Shown piece after piece: positions 27,575 to 35,677 of a stretch of 64,000 bases of DNA. The stretch spans positions 229,301 to 293,300 of the forward strand of contig JBBTCT010000022.1 in NCBI GenBank assembly GCA_038060895.1, read 5' to 3'. This DNA comes from Planctomycetota bacterium (GTDB taxonomy: Bacteria; Planctomycetota; MHYJ01; WSZJ01). The translations under genes and the position numbers were made by a program. Position 1 is the first letter of the stretch; the number at the start of each line of letters is the position of its first letter. The notes under the pieces are model-generated. The model worked only from the letters and a program-made list of their open reading frames with translations. It made no database searches and had not been told where the DNA came from.

Positions 27575-28015
27575 GTGAGCGGAAACGGCTGTTCCTTCTG
27601 GGCCCAGAACGTCTCCCCGGAGACGAGCTGGCCGATTTCCTCCGAAGCGCCGGCGGGGATGGACGGAATGTCCTGGTCGAGCGAGTGCGTCTGGGACGCG
27701 ATGTCCTTCCCGCAGGGAGTCCTGCAGGTCTCCGCGCCCGTCGAGATCCGGAACCCAAACAACACCGTGATCTTCTCCATCGTGATCATCGGCCAGAGCA
27801 GCGGGTCTCCTCAGCTCGCCATCGTATTCTCCGGCGCCAATTGTCCGGAGGGTCCCTACACCACGCTGAGCGGGCCGACCAACATCACGACCTTGGGCCT
27901 GCAGTTCCTAGGCGCCGTGACCGGAATCAGGTTCCCCTACGTCCGGGCAGAAGTCATGTCGTCGAACGGGAGTGCGGTGGCGGGGAGCGGGTGCTTTTGT
28001 GTCTCGGAAGCCTAA
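27575..28015 (+). CDS. hypothetical protein (Cys-containing, beta-rich)
   Basis: GTG start after GAGGAG RBS. Confidence 0.45.
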   Translation: MSGNGCSFWAQNVSPETSWPISSEAPAGMDGMSWSSECVWDAMSFPQGVLQVSAPVEIRNPNNTVIFSIVIIGQSSGSPQLAIVFSGANCPEGPYTTLSGPTNITTLGLQFLGAVTGIRFPYVRAEVMSSNGSAVAGSGCFCVSEA

Positions 28016-28173
28016 AGCCAGCGTTCGCTCGACAAACCAACCGTCCAAAGCGCCATCGGTGTAGCACATAACGAGAAGAGGTTTCGCGCGACTGTCTCTC
28101 ATCAAAGTCAAGTCAGAGCTCTCCAGCGCCTGACGGGTCTTCGAGTCGATTTTCCCTAGAGAAGGAGGTACCG

Positions 28174-28656
28174 ATGCCAGATCCAGAGATTGTGTCAATT
28201 GACGAAATCTTGCGTGCTAATGAGCTAAGGGATCCGCTGACCGGGGTCAGAACCGGCGGCACCGTGCTACACCCTGGCACTGGCGTGAAACTTCGGAAAG
28301 ATCGGCCTTCAGGATCCATTGGAATCAACTTGGACACAGGTCAATTGGAGATGCATGACTGGGGGCCGACCGTTGCTGGGCCCAGTACTGATTTCTCAAA
28401 GTTACCTGAACGAATCCGACTCTTTGGGGGAGAAACTGGCGACGGGCCCAGGGTGGGTCGTGACCCAAAGGAGTCTGAGGACCGTGGCGTGGAGATGCTG
28501 CTTCCGGAAGGCGTGAGAAAATTCGTCGCAGGAGATGCGCTGAAGGCAGGTATTGTCTCCATTTCCTTCGAGTTCGGAGGACCTTGGGGCCTTACCGTCA
28601 CGTTTGGAAGGCCGCCTGAGCCGGCTGGGGTCAGACGGAAGGACCTGGAGAAGTGA
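28174..28656 (+). CDS. hypothetical protein
   Basis: Strong RBS AAGGAGG 5 nt before ATG; lower-GC DNA. Confidence 0.55.
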   Translation: MPDPEIVSIDEILRANELRDPLTGVRTGGTVLHPGTGVKLRKDRPSGSIGINLDTGQLEMHDWGPTVAGPSTDFSKLPERIRLFGGETGDGPRVGRDPKESEDRGVEMLLPEGVRKFVAGDALKAGIVSISFEFGGPWGLTVTFGRPPEPAGVRRKDLEK

Positions 28657-28760
28657 CGCAATGCGAAACACGATCCATTTCTCGAAGTCGAGGACTGTCT
28701 GGGATGGGATGACTTCCCAGGAGCTAACCGCGCCTCCGTCGAAATCTCAGGAGCACGTCA

Positions 28761-29909
28761 ATGCGAACAGAAGCTTCTAGCGAACTGACTCATTCGTCAA
28801 GGTGGTGTCATCCAGTTACATTTGCACTTGCCTTGTTTCTTGGATGCGCCGCGGGTCAGGGCACCAACGAATCGAAGCCAGAAGAACCCAGGATTCACAA
28901 TTCGGTGGAATTGAGGGACTCGCAAGGGAGGATCCGGCTCTCGATCTGTCTGGATCAAGATGAGTGTCCTCAAATCATGCTATTTGATCCCGCCGGACAC
29001 CCTCGCTCGCGAATTGGACTAAGTTCGGAATTCGAACCCGTAATTCGTATGACGGGTTCGAACGGCGAGGATGCGGTTTCGCTTGGTTTGCGCGAGGATT
29101 CCCCCCAACTCCGGCTGGAGTGTGGCGAGGGACGAAGTGGTATTCGGATCCAGGCTGAAGCAACGCGAGGACCGGAGTTGACGTTGTCGGATGGCGATGG
29201 TTTGGAGCGCGCCCGACTGGCAATTGATCGTGGCGCCCCACAACTTTCGATGTTGGACCCTGGACTCAAGCCTCGCCTGTACCTTGGAACCGAGGTCTCG
29301 ACACCGGATAATTACGGACTCCGCGTCACCTCAGACGACGGCCTTTCCCGCGCGGAGGTTGGCACGACAAAAAACTCGCCGGCGTTCATCCTCGTTTCTG
29401 GAGGCGCTGGCGAATGGTCAGCGCTTGCAATGAGCCGTGGCGGGCACCCGCTGCTAAGCTTTGTCGATTCGACCGACATCGAACGAATTCGAGTCAGCTT
29501 GACGCCTCAACAGGAGTCCGAAGTAGCGCTTTGTAGCGCCGAAGGTCAGATTTCCGTTCTGGCAAGATGTCCGAAGTCGGGTTTCGGGTTGGTCAACTTG
29601 TCCGATGGCGATTCACCGACAGCCGTGTTTCTGGGGAAAGGTTCGTCCGGTGATGTCTTGGCCGGGATCGTTGATGCGGCGGGGTGTAGACGAGCGAGCT
29701 TGTCGCTAACCCCGGAGGACCGAGCTTACGCCTCCGTACAGGATTCGACCGCCTCCTCAGCCTTTCTGACGAACGATGGCAAAGGACTTTGCAAACTCGA
29801 GCTGAATCGAAAGGGAAAGACCAGACTGCTCGCGGGTTTTGACAAGACTGATACAGCATCCTTCATGTCGCTTGATTCGGAGGAAATCGAAACTTGGCGA
29901 TCAAAGTAG
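28761..29909 (+). CDS. repeat-containing lipoprotein
   Basis: Lipobox ALFLGCAAG; about eight roughly 24-aa repeats of the form P-x-L-x-L-x-D-x-G. Confidence 0.55.
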   Translation: MRTEASSELTHSSRWCHPVTFALALFLGCAAGQGTNESKPEEPRIHNSVELRDSQGRIRLSICLDQDECPQIMLFDPAGHPRSRIGLSSEFEPVIRMTGSNGEDAVSLGLREDSPQLRLECGEGRSGIRIQAEATRGPELTLSDGDGLERARLAIDRGAPQLSMLDPGLKPRLYLGTEVSTPDNYGLRVTSDDGLSRAEVGTTKNSPAFILVSGGAGEWSALAMSRGGHPLLSFVDSTDIERIRVSLTPQQESEVALCSAEGQISVLARCPKSGFGLVNLSDGDSPTAVFLGKGSSGDVLAGIVDAAGCRRASLSLTPEDRAYASVQDSTASSAFLTNDGKGLCKLELNRKGKTRLLAGFDKTDTASFMSLDSEEIETWRSK

Positions 29910-30203
29910 ACTGCGGGGCTGCCATTCTTCTACAGACAGGCTTCAGTAGATGCGGTCGGGCGTCTCGATGGGGTTGAGACGTCGGGTGTAGACGGTTTCG
30001 CGACGTTGTAGACGTCGTAGGGCGACTCTTCCGTTCGGACGGAGCCCAACACCTGGGCTTGCGGGACACCCCGAACCTCCGAACGCAAATCGCTTCGTCC
30101 ACATCCAATTTCCCCAGGAGTCTCATGCCCGCCTTGCTCCGCCTCCCCCGCCAATGCTAAAGTCGCCCTTCCGGGTAACCCAGGGCCCGGTTGAGGGCCT
30201 CTC

Positions 30204-30725
30204 ATGGACGCAACGAAACCGGAAGTCGCCGCTCCAGCACCGCCCGCGCCGCTGGCCGACCCGCGCGTGGACAAGCTCCTTGAAAAGATCGGGATCCTTG
30301 AGCAGCTTTTCGTGAAGCGCATCAAGGACGACCAGGCGCACGCGGCGGCGTACAACACGCTGTACCAGGACATGTCGAAGTACCGGGACGACGCGTTCCG
30401 GGGGGCGCAGAAGTCGCTTCTCAAGGGTCTAGTGCTCATTTACGACACGATGAAGCGGTCCATTTCGGGGATCGGGGACGGGACGGTGCGCGAGATGGTG
30501 AACCTGCACGTCGAGGAACTGCTCGAGCTGCTTCATCGCCACGACGTCGAGCGGATGCCGGACACGCTGGGAAAATTCGACCGGAACGTGCAGCAGGCGC
30601 TGGGGACGGAGCCGGCGGCGACGGCGGAAGAAGATCAGACTGTTGCGCGAGTGGTGCGTGACGGGTTCAAATGGGGGACTCAGGTGTTGAGGCCGCAGGA
30701 AGTAGTGATTAAGGTAAAAAAGTAG
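30204..30725 (+). CDS. grpE: nucleotide exchange factor GrpE
   Basis: C-terminal VVRDGFKWGTQVLRPQEVVIKV matches the GrpE beta-domain. Confidence 0.8.
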   Translation: MDATKPEVAAPAPPAPLADPRVDKLLEKIGILEQLFVKRIKDDQAHAAAYNTLYQDMSKYRDDAFRGAQKSLLKGLVLIYDTMKRSISGIGDGTVREMVNLHVEELLELLHRHDVERMPDTLGKFDRNVQQALGTEPAATAEEDQTVARVVRDGFKWGTQVLRPQEVVIKVKK

Positions 30726-30765
30726 TAGGGAGCAGGGGGTAGTGGGTAGTTGGTAGGAAAGGCAA
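30721..30765. repeat. GGGGGTAG(T/G)GGGTAG-type intergenic repeat
   Basis: agggggtagtgggtagttggtagg; related copy in inverted arrangement at 34621-34680. Confidence 0.5.
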
Positions 30766-30788
30766 AGACTCTTAACAGGAGACCGTCC

Positions 30789-32378
30789 ATGGCCGACCAG
30801 AAGACGCCGATGACGTGCGGGATTGACCTGGGCACGACGAACAGCGCCATCGCGTTCATCGACGAGCACGGCAAGGCGCAGGTGATCCAGAACACGGACA
30901 ACGAGCGGATCACGCCCTCGGTCGTGCTGTTCGAGGAGAAGGAAGTCATCGTCGGCAAGATCGCCAAGAACTCGGCGGTGGCAGCGCCGGACCGGGTAGT
31001 GCAGTTCGTGAAGCGGCACATCGGCGAAGAGGGCTGGGTGAAGACGTACTTCGGGACGGAGTACACGCCCGAGACGATCAGCGCGCTGATCCTGAAGCGC
31101 ATCGTGCAGGACGCCGAGAAGGTGAGCGGCGGCAAAGTTGGGAGCGTGGTGATCACGGTTCCGGCGTACTTCAACGAAGTCGAGCGCAAGGCGACGCAGG
31201 ACGCGGGGACGATCGCGGGCCTGAACGTCGTCTCCATCCTCAATGAGCCGACGGCCGCGGCGCTGGCTTACGGGCTGGACCGGCTGGGCGAGAAGAAGCG
31301 CGTCCTGGTCTACGACCTGGGCGGCGGGACGTTCGACGTGACGATCATCGAGATCGACGGCACGAAGATCGACGTGCTGGCGACGGACGGCGAGCGGCGG
31401 CTGGGCGGCATCGACTGGGACGACGAGATCATCAACATGGTCTCCGAGAAGTTCCAGGCGGAGCACGGGATCGACCCGCGCAACGACCTCGAAGCGTGCC
31501 AGGACCTGCGCAACAAGGCGGAAGACGCGAAGATCAGCCTGTCGAAGCTCGAAAAGGTGCGCATCCTCTGCCAGTGCCAGGGCAAGACGACCAAGGTCGA
31601 ACTGACGCGCGAAGATTTCGAGAAGATCACCAAGGGCCTGCTCGACCAGACCGAGACGTACCTCGGGGTCGTGCTCCAGAAGGCGAAGCTCGCCTGGAAG
31701 GACATCGGCACCGTCCTGCTCGTCGGCGGCATGACCCGCATGCCCGCCGTGCAGGGCATGATCCAGCGTGTCACGGGTCTTAAACCCGAAACCGGCATCA
31801 ACCCCGACGAATGCGTCGCGATGGGCGCCGCCTACTACAACGCCGTCCTCGCCCTCCAGGCCAAGCCGTCCGAGGAGCCCGAGCTGGCGCTTCAGGGCGA
31901 AGCGCTGAAGGAGTCGATCGACGAGGAAGTCATGATCCTGCTGCAGGGCGTCGAGGTCACGAACGTGAACTCGCACTCGCTGGGCATCGTGGGCATCCAC
32001 AAGAAGACCGGCAAGCTGGTCGCGTACAAGATGATCCCGAAGAACACGCCGATCCCGGCCGACATCACAAAGCCGTTCGGGACGGAGAAGGAAAACCAGG
32101 TCAGCGTGCAGATCAAGATCGTCGAGGGCGAAGGCGAGACCCCCGAGGATTGCACGGAGATCGGGATGTGCGAGATCAAGGACCTCCCGAAGGGCCACCC
32201 CGCGGGCTCGATCATCGACGTGACCTACTCGTACAGCGTCGACGGCCGACTGCAAGTCACAGGCAAGGACCGCCTGTCCGGCAAGGAGGCCAGGGTCGAG
32301 ATCGTCCGCGCGAGCGGTATGGATGACAAAGAGATCAAGGAGGCGAAGAAGGACGTGGTTGAGATGGAAGTAGGCTAA
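30789..32378 (+). CDS. Hsp70-family chaperone, short form (no C-terminal lid/EEVD)
   Basis: GIDLGTTNS, DLGGGTFD, VLLVGGMTRMP motifs; about 530 aa. Confidence 0.85.
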   Translation: MADQKTPMTCGIDLGTTNSAIAFIDEHGKAQVIQNTDNERITPSVVLFEEKEVIVGKIAKNSAVAAPDRVVQFVKRHIGEEGWVKTYFGTEYTPETISALILKRIVQDAEKVSGGKVGSVVITVPAYFNEVERKATQDAGTIAGLNVVSILNEPTAAALAYGLDRLGEKKRVLVYDLGGGTFDVTIIEIDGTKIDVLATDGERRLGGIDWDDEIINMVSEKFQAEHGIDPRNDLEACQDLRNKAEDAKISLSKLEKVRILCQCQGKTTKVELTREDFEKITKGLLDQTETYLGVVLQKAKLAWKDIGTVLLVGGMTRMPAVQGMIQRVTGLKPETGINPDECVAMGAAYYNAVLALQAKPSEEPELALQGEALKESIDEEVMILLQGVEVTNVNSHSLGIVGIHKKTGKLVAYKMIPKNTPIPADITKPFGTEKENQVSVQIKIVEGEGETPEDCTEIGMCEIKDLPKGHPAGSIIDVTYSYSVDGRLQVTGKDRLSGKEARVEIVRASGMDDKEIKEAKKDVVEMEVG

Positions 32379-32379
32379 G

Positions 32380-32556
32380 GACAGGCTGGCATAGGCTGGC
32401 GGAGGCTGCGGAGGCTGGCGGAGGCTTTGGCGCAAAGGGAGGCAACCCCCTATGAGTAAGCGCCGACGCAATCGCCAGCCCCGATTCAGCCGACGCCTTT
32501 AGCCTTCGCCAGCCTCCGCCAGCCTCTGCCAGCCTCCGCCAGCCTCTTCACTACCC
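32380..32556. repeat. inverted tandem arrays of GGCGGAGGCT(G) repeat (long hairpin potential)
   Basis: Left arm aggctggcggaggctgcggaggctggcggaggct; right arm its reverse complement agcctccgccagcctctgccagcctccgccagcctc. Confidence 0.65.
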
Positions 32557-33771
32557 ATGCCTGAAAACCGCTTCCACGAACTTCTGGGCCTCCCAGAAGA
32601 GGTCTCCGACCCGGACTATTACCAGCTCCTGGGCGTGCCACGCTCCGAGAATGACGCCGCCGCAATCGAGGCGTGCTTCAAGGAGAAGATGACGCATGTC
32701 CAGCACATCGAGAACCCGCGCCACAAGGAGTTTCTCGAGTTTCTCAAGGGGGAGCTGAAGCGCGCCCGGTCGATCCTGACCGACGAAGAGCGGCGCGGCG
32801 AGTACGACCGCGAGCTGGCGGAGGAGCGCGGCGACGAGCTTCGGAAGGTGCTGTCGCACATGCTCGTGGACGGGACGCTGAGCTCGATCGCCGAGGTGTC
32901 GGTCTTCCGCGAGGGTCACAATCTCGGGCTGAGCGGCGAGTTCGTGAAGCAGGTCGTGGACGAGGAGTTGAAGAAGGCGGGGGCGCGCCGCGTCTCGGTC
33001 GCGACGGGGACCAACGGGCACCAGACGCAGGTCCTCATGAACCAGAAGGCGCAGGAAGTCGCGCGCCAGATGCAGGAAGCCCGCATGGCGGCGCGCATCG
33101 CCGACACGCGCGCGAAGATCGCGGAGACGCACCAGAAGAAGGCCGAGGAGCAGGTGCAGGTCGTGCTGCAGAAGGCCCGCGTGGCCGAGGTCCAGAAGAA
33201 GCAGGCCGTCGAACTGGCGCAGGAAACCCGCGAACGCGCGCGGCAGGCCGAGATCCACAAGATGCGCGCCGAACAGAAGGTCCAGGCCGTCACGCAGAAG
33301 GCCCGCGAAGCCGAGACGCTCGCGCGCAAGGCGATTACCCGTGAGCACCTCGCCGCCGCCCGCCACAAGATGTCCGAACAGGAACGCAAGCAGCTCGAAG
33401 CCGGCATGAAGGAGGCGGAGACCCGCTTCCAGGCCTACGTCGAAGCCTCCAACGAAGAACTTGAGTCGGTCCGTGAGAAAGGCATGGCAGGGCGGCGCCT
33501 CACGATGTGCTACGCCCTCCTCAGCATGTCGCTCGTCGCCGGCGCCGCGCTGCCTAAATACGTGCCGGGCGCCGCTTCCGCCATCACGAAACTGCTCGAA
33601 CCCTATGTCTCCAGGGTCAGCGGCATTCCGCACGCGGCCCTGCCGCTCATCGCCATCGCAATCCTGCTCCCGACGCTTCATTGGCTGGCAGGGACGCGGG
33701 CCACCGGGTTCTTCGCGCCGCTGCTGGTTATCCTCGCGCTGGCCGTCGCGGCGGGCGTGCTGCGGGGATAG
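32557..33771 (+). CDS. membrane-anchored J-domain-like protein (HPD motif absent) with long coiled coil
   Basis: N-term DYYQLLGVPRSENDAAAIEACFKEKMTHVQH resembles a J domain but lacks HPD; C-terminal TM helices. Confidence 0.6.
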   Translation: MPENRFHELLGLPEEVSDPDYYQLLGVPRSENDAAAIEACFKEKMTHVQHIENPRHKEFLEFLKGELKRARSILTDEERRGEYDRELAEERGDELRKVLSHMLVDGTLSSIAEVSVFREGHNLGLSGEFVKQVVDEELKKAGARRVSVATGTNGHQTQVLMNQKAQEVARQMQEARMAARIADTRAKIAETHQKKAEEQVQVVLQKARVAEVQKKQAVELAQETRERARQAEIHKMRAEQKVQAVTQKAREAETLARKAITREHLAAARHKMSEQERKQLEAGMKEAETRFQAYVEASNEELESVREKGMAGRRLTMCYALLSMSLVAGAALPKYVPGAASAITKLLEPYVSRVSGIPHAALPLIAIAILLPTLHWLAGTRATGFFAPLLVILALAVAAGVLRG

Positions 33772-33857
33772 TGGCTGTCGGGAACGGAATTGAATGTAGC
33801 CGCGCCCGGCGAAGGATTGCAGGATTCCGCCCCTTAACCCATTCAGGGGAAACCGCC

Positions 33858-34267
33858 ATGAAGTTCCGCAACGCTCTCCCGCTCCTCGCCTCGTTTGCCC
33901 TTCTCGCTGGCTGCGCCTCGAACGGCGAGGGCACCGCCGACACTTCCGGCAAACCCGGCGCCTTCCACGTCCGGGGCGACCAGGTTGAAGCCTGCGAGTG
34001 CGACTCAGTCTGCCCGTGCATCTTCGAAAAAGATGTCACCCACGAACAGTGCCAGGGCTGGCTCGCCCTCGCGATCCGGGAAGGCAGCTACGAGGGGACG
34101 GACCTCGCGGGCGTCACCTGCGCGATCGCCCTGCTGAAGACCGAGAAAAACCTGGGCAAGTCGATGGGCAAGTTGCGGACAGCAACACGCTCAGCGACGG
34201 CCCGGTGAAGTGGGATTTCAAGGGTCGCAACGGCGGGTACGGCGGCTTCGAATTCAAGAGCAAGTAG
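33858..34267 (+). pseudogene. DUF1326-like lipoprotein with apparent -1 frameshift at an A5 homopolymer (or sequencing error)
   Basis: Lipobox LLAGC; CECDSVCPC motif; frame 0 stops at 34208 but the +2 frame continues to 34267, immediately followed by a strong terminator. Confidence 0.45.
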
Positions 34268-34273
34268 CAGAGT

Positions 34274-34306
34274 CCCGGGAGCCCGGCGAAAACGCCGGGC
34301 TCCCTT
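34274..34306 (+). terminator. rho-independent terminator
   Basis: gggagcccggcg-aaaa-cgccgggctccc followed by tttgtc. Confidence 0.8.
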
Positions 34307-34331
34307 TGTCTACGGACCACCCGGAGGTCCC

Positions 34332-34598
34332 ATGCCCCTCTACGACTCCGTCCTCCAGCTCATCGGCCGCACGCCGCTTGTCCGCCTCGCGCGCGTCGGC
34401 GCGGGATGCCCGGCGCGCGTCTGCGGCGTCGGAACAGGCGGCACACTGACCGGCGCCGGGCGCTTCCTCAAGGAGCGCAAGCCGGCGCTTCGCGTCGTCC
34501 TGGCCGACCCGGTGGGGTCGACGCTGTCCGGCGGGGCTTCGGGGACCTACTTGCAGGGGCAATCGGCGACCCAAGACCCGAATCCGCATCGTCCTTAA
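34332..34598 (+). pseudogene. cysK: cysteine synthase (CysK/CysM) remnant with internal deletion and truncation
   Basis: N-term MPLYDSVLQLIGRTPLVRLARV joined directly to mid-protein GVGTGGTLTGAGRFLKERKPALRVVLADPVGSTLSGG, then decay. Confidence 0.5.
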
Positions 34599-34620
34599 CG
34601 AAGAGTCGCTAGAATCCCAC

Positions 34621-34680
34621 CCCCTTCAGGGGGTAGGGGGTAGTAAAGGCCCTGCGTAGCCGGTTTTTCCTACCCACTAC
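34621..34680. repeat. inverted pair of GGTAGGGGGTAG repeat units (REP-like hairpin)
   Basis: gggggtagggggtagtaaagg ... cctacccactacc. Confidence 0.5.
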
Positions 34681-34717
34681 CTCCTGCCACTGCCGTCCCC
34701 GCTTCCAGGAACCCACG

Positions 34718-35677
34718 ATGAGTCCCAAAGACGATTCGGAACGCAATACGTTCCGCCGCATCCACAGCGACCTCGTCGATGATTTCGACGAAGAGCTCGA
34801 GCTGGAATCCGAGGACTACGAGCCCGGGGACATTCCGGCGAAGGGGATTTCCGACGCCGAGCGCGTCCTGCGCCGCCGTTATTTCAAGGAGCTCTTCCGG
34901 CTCCAGTCCGACCTGATCAAGATGCAGGACTGGATCGTGCACAAGGGGCTGAAGCTGGTGATTCTCTTTGAAGGGCGCGACGCGGCCGGCAAGGGAGGGC
35001 TGATCAAGCGGATCACGCAGCGCCTGAACCCGCGCGCCCTTCGCGTCGCGGCCCTGCCGGCGCCGACGGACCGGCAGCGGTCGCAGTGGTACTTCCAGCG
35101 CTACGTGGAACACCTGCCGGCGGCGGGCGAAATGGTGCTCTTCGACCGCAGCTGGTACAACCGCGCCGGCGTGGAAAAAGTGATGGGGTTCTGCACGGCG
35201 GCGGAGCTCGAGGAGTTCTACCGGTCGGTGCCGGAATTCGAAAAGATGCTCGTGCGGTCGGGGATCCAGCTCATCAAGTACTGGTTCTCGATCAGCGACG
35301 AAGAGCAGGAGTTCCGGTTCATGTGCCGGACGATGGACCCGATGAAGCAGTGGAAGCTCTCCAAGATGGACCTCGAGTCGCGCCGGCGGTGGGAGGACTA
35401 CACGAAGGCGAAGGAGATGATGCTCGAGCGCACGCACATCCCGGAGGCGCCCTGGTGGGTGGTGATGGCCAACGACAAGAAGCGCGCGCGGCTGAACTGC
35501 ATCCACCACCTGTTGAGCCAGGTGAAGTTCCAGGAAGTGCCGCACACGCCGCTGACGCTGCCGAAGAGGGAGCACCGGGAGGACTACCACCGGAATCCGG
35601 TGCCGAAGAGCATGATCGTCCCGGACGTTTACGGAGAACCCGGAAGTCCTTCGGGTCAGGCTCCGACGGCCGAATGA
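34718..35677 (+). CDS. polyphosphate kinase 2 (PPK2) family protein
   Basis: Walker A FEGRDAAGKGG, DRSWYNR lid motif. Confidence 0.85.
   Translation: MSPKDDSERNTFRRIHSDLVDDFDEELELESEDYEPGDIPAKGISDAERVLRRRYFKELFRLQSDLIKMQDWIVHKGLKLVILFEGRDAAGKGGLIKRITQRLNPRALRVAALPAPTDRQRSQWYFQRYVEHLPAAGEMVLFDRSWYNRAGVEKVMGFCTAAELEEFYRSVPEFEKMLVRSGIQLIKYWFSISDEEQEFRFMCRTMDPMKQWKLSKMDLESRRRWEDYTKAKEMMLERTHIPEAPWWVVMANDKKRARLNCIHHLLSQVKFQEVPHTPLTLPKREHREDYHRNPVPKSMIVPDVYGEPGSPSGQAPTAE

Noticed and set aside
30429-32471. 680-aa minus-strand ORF
   Set aside because: Antisense to the grpE/Hsp70 genes, which have unambiguous motifs.
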